DNA of 64,000 nucleotides from an uncultured Chloroflexia bacterium (lineage in GTDB: Bacteria > Chloroflexota > Anaerolineae > JAAYZQ01): contig CAVOXA010000006.1 in the NCBI GenBank assembly GCA_963700285.1, positions 96,001 to 160,000 of the forward strand. Reading direction: 5' to 3'. The translations under genes and the position numbers were made by a program. The notes under the pieces are model-generated. The model saw only the letters and a list, made by a program, of their open reading frames with translations. It was not told where the DNA came from and did no database searches. Within the stretch, counting starts at the first letter, position 1. Each line of letters starts with the position of its first letter. Positions 1-9,702 of the stretch are shown piece after piece.

Positions 1-69
1 GCTGGCAACTGGAACCACTTGAATCAAAGTGTTCTGAAACGAAGGAGCAAATCACAAGGAGGTTGTCCC

Positions 70-627
70 GTGAACGTAATCAATCGACTACTTATTGTTC
101 TGCTGCTGCTGGCCATCATTCTTCTGGCAGCCATCATCGTCATCGCGCCGAAGCAAACTGTCGATCTGGGAAGCATGGCTTTCGACGGAATGGGAAGCTG
201 GATCGACCTGTGGCAGACCCCGAAATACTGGCCGCTCTTTGCCAGCGGCCGGGTCGTGATTGGCGGCGCGCTTGTGCTCTTGTGTCTCCTCCTCCTGTGG
301 TTGGAGCTGCGGAAGCCAAAAAAGAAAACCATCCGCGTCCAGCAGGTTGCCGGTGGAGATGCGAGTATCTCGGTCGAGTCCATCGGCCAGCGCCTGGCCT
401 ACAACCTCGACCAGTTGCCTGACGTCATCAAGGTCTCGCCCCGTATTACCGGCCGGTCTCGCGGGGTGGATGTGGAGTTGGTTCTGGAGACATCGCCCGA
501 TGTCGATGTCCCCATGAAGACGGAAGAGGTGCTTCAGGTCACTCGGGAGGTTGTTGAGGACCGCATGGGGCTCAAGCTGGGCAAGGTTGAGGTCAAGATC
601 AAACACGCGCCCTACCCCAAAGAGTAG
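70..627 (+). CDS. amaP: Alkaline-shock membrane anchor protein (AmaP-like, Asp23/Gls24-type C-terminal domain)
   Basis: GTG at 70 after AAGGAGG; two N-terminal TM segments, then 'G+V.IS..SI...L' and 'VPMKTEEVLQVTREVVEDRMGLKLGKVEVKI', typical of the Asp23-like fold. Confidence 0.65.
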   Translation: MNVINRLLIVLLLLAIILLAAIIVIAPKQTVDLGSMAFDGMGSWIDLWQTPKYWPLFASGRVVIGGALVLLCLLLLWLELRKPKKKTIRVQQVAGGDASISVESIGQRLAYNLDQLPDVIKVSPRITGRSRGVDVELVLETSPDVDVPMKTEEVLQVTREVVEDRMGLKLGKVEVKIKHAPYPKE

Positions 628-711
628 AGCGCGGCCACCTGGGACCTCGGGGGCTGTGAGGGGCACTGGGCTCTCACTCGGCTCCCGAGGTTGTGTGTCA
701 GGGTATCGCGG

Positions 712-1275
712 CTATTGGCGCGTCCCCTGGACGATGGCCTCACCTTCCAGGATCTCCAGCGCAGTGACATCGACGCCCAGTTGGAGTTCGTCGACAGTCT
801 GGCTGATACTCTGCGACAGCGTTTCCAGAGCACCGGCAGGAATGGGAACAGCGCCGGCTGTAACCTCCTCGATCTCGACGATGACCCTGCCGTCCTCGAC
901 GCGTGCCGAGGCAACCACGAAAAAATCAGACTCGATGGGTAGGACATTGACTACGCGGCCTGACCCATAGATCTTGCCTTTCGTGAACCAAACTTGAGGC
1001 TCGCTGACAGGAGGCTCATCGTACTCGGCCAGCTTTGCGGCCAGCAAGGAAGTGACTTCGGCATCGGTCACGCGCAGGATGAATTCCTGCCCGCGTGCCC
1101 CACGCAGATTCTGGCCAAGGCGGGACTCGAGTTGCCCAGCGGACTCGGTCGACACAACGATAGGATGTGGCGGCGTTGGCGCAGTCTTGGACAATAGGTC
1201 ACACGGACCACAGGCCAGGCTCAGTAACACCAGCATGGGTACCATCAGGCGAACCACTAGGGGCCGCTTTTGCAT
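712..1275 (-). CDS. Hypothetical lipoprotein (LmeA/DUF2993-like)
   Basis: Signal peptide with lipobox LSLAC; GGAGG RBS; beta-rich body. Confidence 0.55.
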   Translation of the reverse strand: MQKRPLVVRLMVPMLVLLSLACGPCDLLSKTAPTPPHPIVVSTESAGQLESRLGQNLRGARGQEFILRVTDAEVTSLLAAKLAEYDEPPVSEPQVWFTKGKIYGSGRVVNVLPIESDFFVVASARVEDGRVIVEIEEVTAGAVPIPAGALETLSQSISQTVDELQLGVDVTALEILEGEAIVQGTRQ

Positions 1276-1421
1276 CTCGATCTGACCTCCCGGGAACTCT
1301 CATGCCGGCCTCAGTCGCGATTTTGACAGCGTGACACTCGGACTGTTGGGCCAGCGACCAGCGATTGGGATCTGTACGTCCGATTGTAACACAATATCTG
1401 GAGACGAGCGAATCTTGCGCA

Positions 1422-2081
1422 ATGGAAGGTGAAACAAGCGCCCAGCACGATGCAGGCCAAAACTTGAGTACAAACGCGGCCCGCGGGCTTGATCAGCCTG
1501 GCGGCCAGCTTGCGACCAGGCAAGGCGACATGGACAGCGTCCCTCCCAAGCTGTCCTCTTTGCCCGTCAAAGCCATGGTTGAAAGCCTGCTTTTTGTGGC
1601 CGACGAACCGGTGCAACCGCACAAGCTCGCCACGATCTTGGACGTGGGTGTGGAAGAGGTGCAGGCTGCCCTGACAGAGCTGGCCCAAGAGTATGAGCAG
1701 CAGCGCGGAATCCGCCTGCAGTTCACCAGGGGCCGGGTCCAGATGGTCACTGCACCCGAGTCCACAGAGATCATACGCCGCTATCTGGGCCTGGAGCTTG
1801 ACGGCAGGTTGTCCCCTGCCGCACTGGAGACCCTGGCCATCGTCGCCTACCGGCAGCCGGTCACACGGGCGCAGGTCGAAGCGATCCGGGGCGTGAATGC
1901 CGATAGCGTGATACGGACCCTGATCAACCGGGGACTCATCGAGGAACTGGGGCGGTTGGACCAGGCGGGCAGGCCGATCATCTATGGCACGAGTTTCGAG
2001 TTCCTCCAGCAATTCGGGCTGGCCAGCCTGGAACAGTTGCCAGCTCTGGATGACTCGGGGGTTCTAGAGGCTGTGACATGA
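1422..2081 (+). CDS. scpB: SMC-Scp complex subunit ScpB
   Basis: Motifs ESLLFVADEPV, LSPAALETLAIVAYRQPVTRAQVEAIRGV, GRPIIYGTSFEFLQQFGLASL; start uncertain (1422 or 1530). Confidence 0.95.
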   Translation: MEGETSAQHDAGQNLSTNAARGLDQPGGQLATRQGDMDSVPPKLSSLPVKAMVESLLFVADEPVQPHKLATILDVGVEEVQAALTELAQEYEQQRGIRLQFTRGRVQMVTAPESTEIIRRYLGLELDGRLSPAALETLAIVAYRQPVTRAQVEAIRGVNADSVIRTLINRGLIEELGRLDQAGRPIIYGTSFEFLQQFGLASLEQLPALDDSGVLEAVT

Positions 2082-2169
2082 CCATTCCGCATACAGGCTC
2101 TGACCCCGCGCCCACCAGATCCCGGGCGCTCAGCGGAGAGATGGCGCATGCTCCAGCGGCAAGAGTCCC

Positions 2170-2301
2170 ATGAAAGCGCTGATTGACGCGTTCAGGCGTT
2201 TCTCCTGGCAGAAGAAGGTTGTGACGGCAGCCTTGGTCCTGCTTATCGTCCTAACCTGGCTGGCCGTCTGTCTTGTCCTAACCGGCGCCCTGGCCCCCTA
2301 G
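2170..2301 (+). CDS. Small single-pass membrane protein (43 aa), absent from the ORF track
   Basis: ATG 2170 to TAG 2301 reads MKALIDAFRRFSWQKKVVTAALVLLIVLTWLAVCLVLTGALAP: basic N-terminus plus hydrophobic helix. Confidence 0.5.
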   Translation: MKALIDAFRRFSWQKKVVTAALVLLIVLTWLAVCLVLTGALAP

Positions 2302-2304
2302 CCA

Positions 2305-2357
2305 AGAAAAAACGACCGGATCCCTCCCGGTCGCCCGACCGGAGCCTTCCCGGTCGT
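2305..2357 (-). terminator. Double hairpin, probable intrinsic terminator between convergent genes
   Basis: A-tract followed by CGACCGG..CCGGTCG stems twice (U-tract on the minus strand). Confidence 0.6.
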
Positions 2358-2404
2358 CCTTGCTCGGCGCGTTGTTTCCTCAGACCTGCTCACGGTCTAG
2401 TTGG

Positions 2405-2833
2405 CTAGCCCTTGTCAGCCTGCACCGGCTTGATGCCGTCGTATATGCGTAAACCGCCAATGGTCCGCAGGATCGTCGCTGCCGGCTTTCCCAACCGGGT
2501 TTCGAGATCCTTGGACGACAGTGGCTCGTTGCCATTGGCCAGAAATGTGCGAAACACAGCGGTCGACAAGGGCGTCGACTCGGTTATGTATTCCGGCTTC
2601 TTGCTGCAGCAGGTCCGCAGCGAATGCCACAGTCCATCTACACGGGTGACTTCGGCCGTCTCAGCATCGATCCAGTCTACAAGCTCGGCCGACTGATAGC
2701 TTTTGTAGCGGTCCTGACACTCTTCGCAGAGATGCGTTAGCAAGTGAACGCGAAAGTTGCGCTCAGTCTCTTCCCACCAATCAAAATCAATATGGAACTT
2801 GGTATCAACGGTCGGTCTTACCCACTTGGCCAT
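2405..2833 (-). CDS. Conserved hypothetical protein (Cys-containing, C-terminal HTH-like)
   Basis: 142-aa ORF, PTVDTKFHIDFDWW N-terminus, CxxC and CC, terminal LSSKDLETRLGKPAATILRTI. Confidence 0.75.
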   Translation of the reverse strand: MAKWVRPTVDTKFHIDFDWWEETERNFRVHLLTHLCEECQDRYKSYQSAELVDWIDAETAEVTRVDGLWHSLRTCCSKKPEYITESTPLSTAVFRTFLANGNEPLSSKDLETRLGKPAATILRTIGGLRIYDGIKPVQADKG

Positions 2834-2868
2834 AGGTGACTCTCACATTCGTTCTCGTCTCGTCAATA

Positions 2869-4473
2869 TTAGGGTATCAATGCCGGGTCGAAGGTCCAGT
2901 AGCCGCCGCCCATTGAAACGAACTCTGCCCGCTTGGACAAAAGCGCAAAAACGGGACCGGGCGCTACGCGCTTGAGCACATTCACAGCACTGTAGATGGT
3001 CTTGGCGTGTACCGTACCCTGGGGGCTGAGCTTGATGAGCGAGGGCATGATTTGGGTCATGATCTCCAACGGGCTGTCGCCCCGGGCCCTGGTCTCGGAC
3101 CAGATCTTGTCGATGGCAACCGGGTTGTCCTCGGCGATGGCCAGTCGCTCGTCAAAGTCGCAGGAGATGGGCAGCTTGCGCATCTGGAACAGAATCGCGT
3201 TGCCCTCTGCCCTGACCAGTGGGATCCATGTGGGCTGCAACCGCTGCCGCTCATAGTCCACGGTGATGACCCGGGGATCCCGGGTCCGTTCGAGCTTGAT
3301 GCGGGCGCCCACTGGAAGCTTGTTGTCTGAATACCACTTTTCGAGCCCGTAGACAAAGGATGCCGCATGGACGATCCAGCCCTGCATCTTGGCTCCAGTC
3401 TGGCCATCCAAGAGCACAATGGGAGTATGGTGGCGGGTCGCCTGCGGGAAAAGTGCCCGGGTCCGGAGGGTCAAAGGCAAGGTGCCACAGCGTCGATGGG
3501 GATATGTCAAGGCAATGGTCGTGTGGTAGATCCGCCGCCCTTCGCCCCACACCTCCCTGCCGCTACCCTCATCGTCGATATCCTGTTCAATCTCCAGGAG
3601 TTCGGGCGAGATATCATTGCGATTGTAAGCGACCCTGCTCAGAGCCAGCCTTGCAGGCGGCTCCACGACAGGATGGGGAATGAGGCGCCGCAGATACCAG
3701 ATGTCCCGGCCGCTATCGCCGATGTTATCAAAACGTTCGTCGCCTTCCAGGGCGTAATTCAGCGAGAGGATCTGCACGACCTCAGGAATCTCGGCAGGCA
3801 GGCCCAGGTCGGTGAGGAACTCGGCCGGCTGCATCGGCCTGCCTTGCACTTCGATCAAAGCCTCGGCAATGTGCAGGTGTCCGGTCTGAATGGATGCCAG
3901 CAGCTCTCGGAGGAACCAGTCCTCCTTGTACAGCACAAACTCTTTGTGCGCCGTCAGAACTTCTGCCATTTCATCTTTGACAATGTCCCCATAGGCATCA
4001 TACAGCTCGGCCAGTCCCTGAAGCTCGCCCGCTGCCAGCAAGTCCTCTTTGCCAGCCACCTGGTCCAGGGCATGCGGGCCTATGAGCCCAGATGCGAATT
4101 CGCGGGTCTCCACGCTCCCGCCAGCATCCTCGTGTAATTCCACTTGTATCACAGTGAAATCACCATATTCAGGGTTGCGGCCTGGACGGGAACCTTTTAC
4201 GGTTCCCCGGGCAAAGTCAAGCGCGGGAAAGATCAGCTCCTCGCCCTCCTGGTATTCTTCCCTAGGTCGATACAGCTGGCCTTCGCTCAGCCCGGCCCGG
4301 ATGCTCTCTTCCTCCTGGCGGCAGAGGCGCTCAATTTCCAGACGGGCCAACTCTTCTGAGGAAACCGGCCGCCCCAGATCCAGGATCTGATCATGTATCC
4401 GGCCCACGTCATTGGCGCCGAACTCGTATTCGTCTTCCCAGTAGGCTGCAGTCTGTGTTCTGCGTTGGATCAC
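2869..4473 (-). CDS. Conserved hypothetical protein (~534 aa)
   Basis: Long ORF; GTG at 4473 preceded by GAAGGAG; sigma70-like promoter just upstream. Confidence 0.75.
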   Translation of the reverse strand: MIQRRTQTAAYWEDEYEFGANDVGRIHDQILDLGRPVSSEELARLEIERLCRQEEESIRAGLSEGQLYRPREEYQEGEELIFPALDFARGTVKGSRPGRNPEYGDFTVIQVELHEDAGGSVETREFASGLIGPHALDQVAGKEDLLAAGELQGLAELYDAYGDIVKDEMAEVLTAHKEFVLYKEDWFLRELLASIQTGHLHIAEALIEVQGRPMQPAEFLTDLGLPAEIPEVVQILSLNYALEGDERFDNIGDSGRDIWYLRRLIPHPVVEPPARLALSRVAYNRNDISPELLEIEQDIDDEGSGREVWGEGRRIYHTTIALTYPHRRCGTLPLTLRTRALFPQATRHHTPIVLLDGQTGAKMQGWIVHAASFVYGLEKWYSDNKLPVGARIKLERTRDPRVITVDYERQRLQPTWIPLVRAEGNAILFQMRKLPISCDFDERLAIAEDNPVAIDKIWSETRARGDSPLEIMTQIMPSLIKLSPQGTVHAKTIYSAVNVLKRVAPGPVFALLSKRAEFVSMGGGYWTFDPALIP

Positions 4474-4528
4474 GGGGCTCTCCTTCTGAGGGCCGCCTTC
4501 CGGCATGGCCCATTCGCAAACGAGTGCT

Positions 4529-4557
4529 ATTATACCAGGTTTCACAGGCATTGACAA
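4529..4557 (-). promoter_or_regulatory. Sigma70-type promoter for 2869-4473
   Basis: Minus strand TTGTCA-17 bp-TATAAT with extended TG. Confidence 0.65.
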
Positions 4558-4582
4558 CTGGCTGTGCGCGCGCGGCAGTTCA

Positions 4583-4611
4583 TTGCTTTCCAGAGCGCCT
4601 TGTGGTATACT
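4583..4611 (+). promoter_or_regulatory. Sigma70-type promoter for the DUF350 gene (divergent)
   Basis: TTGCTT-17 bp-TATACT with extended TG. Confidence 0.55.
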
Positions 4612-4677
4612 GTGGCCAACATAGAAACGGTCGCTGGCAGCGACCGTTAGCAGCGGCGGCTGCTATGGGAGGCAACC

Positions 4678-5166
4678 TTGGGTCAATTACTCGTCAGCCT
4701 GTCTCAACTGGCGATAGCGCTCATCTTGAGCGCCATCTCCGCCTACCTGACTTTTTTCCTGTTCCAACTGTTCACCCGGGACCTCGATGAGTGGGAGGCC
4801 CTGCGCCAGGGGAATGCGGCGGTGGGCCTCGTCCTGGGGGCCATGCTGATCTCGGTGGCCATCGTCCTGCGACCGGCCATTGTCGTCGGTGCTTCCGTTT
4901 GGGATGTGGGCCGGGACTTTTTTTTCCGCGTCCTGCTGGCCCAGGCTCTGCAATTGGTGGTTGGCATGATCCTGGCCGTCATCACGCTGACAGTTGGGCT
5001 CTATTTGTTTTCCGCACTCACCAGAGGCATCGATGAGGTGGAAGAGCTCGGAAAGGGAAACCTGGCCATCGCCGGCCTGCTGGCCGGCGTCGTCATCGGT
5101 GTAGGCTTGATGGTAGCCCAGGCGGTGGGCCAGGTCATGGGCTGGGTTGCCTCGCTCGTATTCTGA
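4678..5166 (+). CDS. DUF350-family membrane protein
   Basis: Two repeats of D(E/L)..E.L..GN.A+(G/A); four TM helices; GGAGG RBS. Confidence 0.85.
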   Translation: MGQLLVSLSQLAIALILSAISAYLTFFLFQLFTRDLDEWEALRQGNAAVGLVLGAMLISVAIVLRPAIVVGASVWDVGRDFFFRVLLAQALQLVVGMILAVITLTVGLYLFSALTRGIDEVEELGKGNLAIAGLLAGVVIGVGLMVAQAVGQVMGWVASLVF

Positions 5167-5179
5167 CGGAGGATTCTCT

Positions 5180-5470
5180 GTGACAGAAGAACCCAAACTG
5201 GTTTGTGTTCAAAAATGCTACGGCATGGATGTCGCCCAGATCTTTAAGGCCAAGCTGGAGGTCATGGATATCCCGGCGCTGCTGGAATATGACAGCGCCG
5301 GCAAGCTCTTTGGCCTGACCATCGATGGTCTGGGTGAAGTGCGGGTGATGGTACCGGAATCCTACGCCGCCGAGGCCGGTGCGCTGCTGTCTGATGCAGA
5401 AATCCCAGATGCGGACGCAACGGAAGACTCTGGGACTACCCTCGACGAAGGCGCTGCTACAGGTTCATAG
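5180..5470 (+). CDS. DUF2007-like (PII-like) putative signalling protein
   Basis: GTG after GGAGG; AQIFKAKLE..DIPA..GLGEVRVMVPE..A.EA. Confidence 0.75.
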   Translation: MTEEPKLVCVQKCYGMDVAQIFKAKLEVMDIPALLEYDSAGKLFGLTIDGLGEVRVMVPESYAAEAGALLSDAEIPDADATEDSGTTLDEGAATGS

Positions 5471-5892
5471 GGCAACGCTTTTGGCACCGTCGAAGCGCGC
5501 TGAAGCGCGCACTACGAACGAAGGCGCTGCTACAGGTTCATAGGGCAACGCTTTTGGCGCCGTCGAAGCGCGCTGAAGCGCGCACTACGAACGAAGGCGC
5601 TGCTACAGGTTCATAGGGCAACGCTTTTGGCGCCGTCGAAGCGCGCTGAAGCGCGCACTACGAACGAAGGCGCTGCTACAGGTTCATAGGGTAACGCTTT
5701 TGGCACCGTCGAAGCGCGCTGAAGCGCGCACTACGAACCAAGGCGCTGCTACAGGTTCATAGGGCAACGCTTTTGGCACCGTCGAAGCGCGCTGAAGCGC
5801 GCACTACGAACGAAGGCGCTGCTACAGGTTCATAGGGCAACGCTTTTGGCACCGTCGAAGCGCGCTGAAGCGCGCACTACGAACCAAGGCGC
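5447..5892. repeat. Tandem array of six 73-bp units containing a GTAG-class REP palindrome
   Basis: Unit starts 5447, 5520, 5593, 5666, 5739, 5812 (partial unit at 5885); each holds GCGCGCTGAAGCGCGCACTACGAAC. Confidence 0.97.
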
Positions 5893-5894
5893 GT

Positions 5895-7238
5895 CTATGG
5901 CCGCGGGCCCAGGATCGCGTCGGCCGGCATGCCTGGCTTGAGCAGGTAGTCCGAGTTTGGCAATTGTACCTTTACCGCGAATACCATGTTCACTCGCTCT
6001 TTTTCCGTCTGCACGTTCTTTGGAGTGAATTCGGCCTGTTGGGCAATGTGCGAAACGGTTCCGGTGAACACCTGGCCGGGAAAAGAGTCGACGCTCACCT
6101 CCACCGCCTGCCCCAGGAACACCCGTCCCAACTCATCCTCGGGCACATAGATCGTCAGGTGGACCGGGTCCAGGTTGGCCACGGTCAGCAGCGTCGCCCC
6201 GGGCAGAGCGACCTCGGCCGCATGGGCGGAACGGCTTGTGATCAGCCCGTCTATCGGCGCGCGCAGGATCATTTTGGCGAGCTGGGCCTCCAGTGCTGAG
6301 ACGCCCGCCTGGGCCTGAACCACCAGGGCCTCTGCCACGGCCACGTCCTCCGGCGCGGGGCCGGCTTTCAGCTCGGCCACTCGAGCCTCTGCCACCTCTA
6401 CCCCCGACTCGGCGACCTGGGCGTTGGCCTCGGCCTGATCTACCAGGCTGGCGATGGCCAAGGGCTCATTCCTCAGCGCCCTGAGCGCCGCCAGCGTCTT
6501 TTCGGCGCCGGTCTTGTCGGCCTGGGCCACCTCCAGCCCCGCCTGCGCTGCCTGTACCTGAAAATCATAGACGCGGTACAGCCCTTTTTCCTCCATCGAG
6601 CCCTGGCCGTGGTAGGGGTATCTCATGGCCTCCGCCCTGGCGATCTCCGCCCGGGCCTGTTCGATCTGAGTCTCGGCCAGATCCACAGCGGCCCTGGCCT
6701 CCACGATCTGGGACTGGATCTCCTGGGGGTTATCGAGCAAGGTCCGGGCGTCCAGAACCGCCGAGCGGGCGGCGTCCCGTTCGGCCTCAGCCTGGAGCAG
6801 CATCGCCTCGGCTGCCAGGATCTGCGCGGGATGGACGCCAGCCTGGACATTGGCCAGGTTGGCCTGGGCCACTGCTACCGCCGCCCCAGCCTGGGCCAAC
6901 TGAGCCTGGAGCGAGCTGGTGTCCAATTCGACAAGCACCTCATGCTGTTCGACCGCGTCGCCTTCCTCGGCATCCAGGCGCACGATCCTGCCGCCAAACT
7001 CAGAGACAACGGCTACCTCGTCCCCCTCGATGCTGCCTGAGGCGATGAGGGCCTCGTCTTCCGCTGCCACAGCCTGCCCACCGATGGAGGCCACGAATGC
7101 CTCGGCCCGGCTGGCCTGCAAACCGCCGTCGATCAGGAACTGCGTAGCCTGCTCCGGCGCATTCTGCACCCACCACCAGCCCCCGGCTAAGGCTGCCACT
7201 ACAATGAGTATCGAAATGATAATGAGCCCACGTTTCAT
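5895..7238 (-). CDS. HlyD/efflux periplasmic adaptor (membrane fusion protein)
   Basis: N-terminal TM, lipoyl half-motifs, long coiled coil, AEFTPKNVQT..ERVNMVFAVKV, LKPGMPAD. Confidence 0.92.
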   Translation of the reverse strand: MKRGLIIISILIVVAALAGGWWWVQNAPEQATQFLIDGGLQASRAEAFVASIGGQAVAAEDEALIASGSIEGDEVAVVSEFGGRIVRLDAEEGDAVEQHEVLVELDTSSLQAQLAQAGAAVAVAQANLANVQAGVHPAQILAAEAMLLQAEAERDAARSAVLDARTLLDNPQEIQSQIVEARAAVDLAETQIEQARAEIARAEAMRYPYHGQGSMEEKGLYRVYDFQVQAAQAGLEVAQADKTGAEKTLAALRALRNEPLAIASLVDQAEANAQVAESGVEVAEARVAELKAGPAPEDVAVAEALVVQAQAGVSALEAQLAKMILRAPIDGLITSRSAHAAEVALPGATLLTVANLDPVHLTIYVPEDELGRVFLGQAVEVSVDSFPGQVFTGTVSHIAQQAEFTPKNVQTEKERVNMVFAVKVQLPNSDYLLKPGMPADAILGPRP

Positions 7239-7251
7239 GTTTTTCCCCTGC

Positions 7252-8652
7252 TCACTGCTCTGTCAGGATCACGGCATCGGCTGGCATACCCGGCTTGAGC
7301 GCGTGGTCGTCGTTTGGCAGTTTCACCTTTACGGCAAAAACCATGTTCACCCGCTCCTCACGGGTCTGCACGTTCTTGGGCGTAAACTCGGCCTGGCTGG
7401 CGATAAAGCCAACCGTACCCGGAAAGGTACGGTCCGGGTAGGCATCCACGGTGACCGAGACCGTCTGCCCAATCTGTACCAGGCCTACCTCGTCCTCTGG
7501 CACAAAGATGGTCAGCGTCATGTTTTCCAGGTCGGCCAGGGTCGCCAGAGGCGCCCCGGGGACAGCGAGTTCCCCGACGTGGGCAGGCATCTCCAGCACC
7601 AGGCCGGAGATGGGTGCTGGCAGCACCAGCTTTTCCACCTGCACCTCCAGCAGGTCCAGCGCGGCGCGCGCCACCTCGACCTGTGCACCAACGGCGGCGA
7701 TCTGCTCCGGCGTGGCCCCAATCTCCAAACCTTCAACCTGGGTCTCGGCCAATCGAACTCCCGAGGTGGCTATCTCGTACCAGGACTCGGCGGCATTTGC
7801 GGCGGCTTGCAGGGCCACCGGGTTGGCTCGCTGTCGCTGCAGTTCAGCCAGGTACTGCGCGGCGCCCTTTTGGGCCGCCTTGGCCTGGTCCAGCCCGGTC
7901 CAGGCCACCCAAGAGTCGTAGGTTGAGATGGCCTGCTGCTGTTCAGTCTTCAGCCTGACGTCGGCCGGCAGCTTGACGCGATACTCAGAGCCGCCTACGG
8001 GAATATTGAACGGCTCAAAATCCTCCACCATGCGAGCGGCCTGATCGGCCAGGTCACGGCCAGCCTGGGCCGAATTGGCCAGCGCCTCCACCTGCTTGGT
8101 GCGCAGGTTCAGGCTCGCGACGCGAGCCCGTGCCGCCGTAATGGCCAGATCCAGTTCCTGGGGATTGTCTCGCAAGCGTTGGGCATCCTCCCAGGCCACG
8201 AGGGCGGCCTGCTGGGCAGCCCGGGCCTGTTCCAACTGTGCCCGGGCGTGGGCCAGCGTCTCCTGGCGCACGCCAGCTTTCACCTGGGCCAGGGTTGCCG
8301 CCTTCACACCCAGATCCGCCTGGGCCATCTCAATCTGGGCCTGGAGCAACGCGTCATCCAGCTCCACCAGCGTGGCGCCCGCGGTAACCTCATCGCCTTC
8401 GCCGGCATAGAGGGCCACGATGCGCCCTGCTAGCTCGGTCGTCACCGAAGCCTCGTCGGCCTCCACGAAACCCGAGGCGACAATACCTGGCGGCTCTACT
8501 TCAGGCTCCAAACCCAGCTCTTGAACTGCGCCGTCCAATACTTCTCGAGCCTGGAGCAGTAGCGTGGGGTTTTCGTTGGCGTACCACCAACCTGCCGCCA
8601 CTGCAGCCGCCACTACGACACAGACAACCGCTATCACAATCGCACGTTTCAT
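7252..8652 (-). CDS. HlyD/efflux periplasmic adaptor (second paralog)
   Basis: Same architecture and near-identical C-terminal AEFTPKNVQTREERVNMVFAVKV motif. Confidence 0.92.
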   Translation of the reverse strand: MKRAIVIAVVCVVVAAAVAAGWWYANENPTLLLQAREVLDGAVQELGLEPEVEPPGIVASGFVEADEASVTTELAGRIVALYAGEGDEVTAGATLVELDDALLQAQIEMAQADLGVKAATLAQVKAGVRQETLAHARAQLEQARAAQQAALVAWEDAQRLRDNPQELDLAITAARARVASLNLRTKQVEALANSAQAGRDLADQAARMVEDFEPFNIPVGGSEYRVKLPADVRLKTEQQQAISTYDSWVAWTGLDQAKAAQKGAAQYLAELQRQRANPVALQAAANAAESWYEIATSGVRLAETQVEGLEIGATPEQIAAVGAQVEVARAALDLLEVQVEKLVLPAPISGLVLEMPAHVGELAVPGAPLATLADLENMTLTIFVPEDEVGLVQIGQTVSVTVDAYPDRTFPGTVGFIASQAEFTPKNVQTREERVNMVFAVKVKLPNDDHALKPGMPADAVILTEQ

Positions 8653-8674
8653 GAGCTACCCCTACACAAGAGAG

Positions 8675-9643
8675 TTACCCCTCATCTTTTGGCGCTCGGA
8701 CACTGGAGATAAAGACGTCCTCCAGCGACGGCACAATCGCATCCATCGTTCGCACACCTACTCCTGCCCGGGCCAGCAAGCCCTCGATCTTGGGCATAAG
8801 CGGCACCACGTCAGGGGCGACAGCGTGGATCAGCGCGCCATACAGCGCCACTTCTTCAAAGACGCCCATGTCCCGCAGCACCGGAAGGGCCAGGGCGGGG
8901 TCGCTGCAGTCGATCTCTAGCACCTGCCCCCGCATCCTGGTCTCCTTGATCTCTGCGGGCGAGCCTTGAGCCACAATGCGGCCATGCTGGATAAAAGCCA
9001 GATTCTGGCAGTGTTCGGCCTCGTCCATATAGTGTGTCGTGACCATGATGGTCGTACCTTCTCCGGCCAGTTCGTACAGCAGGTCCCAAAAGGCGCGGCG
9101 GGAGATCGGGTCCACGCCGGCGGTTGGCTCATCCAGAAAGAGCATCTCCGGCTCGTGAATGATGGCTGAGCCCAGGGCCAGGCGCTGCTTCCATCCTCCT
9201 GACAGGTTTCGCGCCAGCTCCCGCCCGCGCCCTTCGAGGCCGGCCATCTCTAGCACAAACTGCTTGCGAACCCGAAGTTGCCTGCGCCCCAGGCCGTAGG
9301 TCCGCCCATAGAAGTTCAGGTTCTCGTCCACAGTCAGGTCGTCATACAGGCTAAAGCGCTGTGACATGTAGCCGATGCGCTTTTTCACCTCGCTGACCTG
9401 CCTCACGATGTCATAGCCCAGCACTGTCGCCCCGCCCGTTGTCGGCTTTAGCAGGCCCAGGAGCATCCGGATCGTCGTCGTCTTGCCCGCACCGTTGGGG
9501 CCCAGGAAACCAAAGATGGCGCCCCGCTCGATGGTAAAGCTGACGCGGTCCACAGCGACAAAGTCGCCGAACTCTTTTGTCAGTTCGACGGCCTGCACGG
9601 CGTGATCGTTGGCCCTTGCTTGTCCATTATCGTTCTGTGCCAT
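8675..9643 (-). CDS. ABC-2 exporter ATP-binding protein (YbhF-like)
   Basis: [28 protein letters not shown]; probable ATG at 9643. Confidence 0.93.
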   Translation of the reverse strand: MAQNDNGQARANDHAVQAVELTKEFGDFVAVDRVSFTIERGAIFGFLGPNGAGKTTTIRMLLGLLKPTTGGATVLGYDIVRQVSEVKKRIGYMSQRFSLYDDLTVDENLNFYGRTYGLGRRQLRVRKQFVLEMAGLEGRGRELARNLSGGWKQRLALGSAIIHEPEMLFLDEPTAGVDPISRRAFWDLLYELAGEGTTIMVTTHYMDEAEHCQNLAFIQHGRIVAQGSPAEIKETRMRGQVLEIDCSDPALALPVLRDMGVFEEVALYGALIHAVAPDVVPLMPKIEGLLARAGVGVRTMDAIVPSLEDVFISSVRAPKDEG

Positions 9644-9702
9644 TGTGCATCGATCCTGGCGCCCATTGCCGGGCGCCGTCCGTTCTAACCAGGTACAAGC
9701 AC

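Noticed and set aside
5447-5892. CRISPR array
   Set aside because: The 73-bp period is CRISPR-like, but whole units are repeated with only isolated substitutions, so there are no spacers
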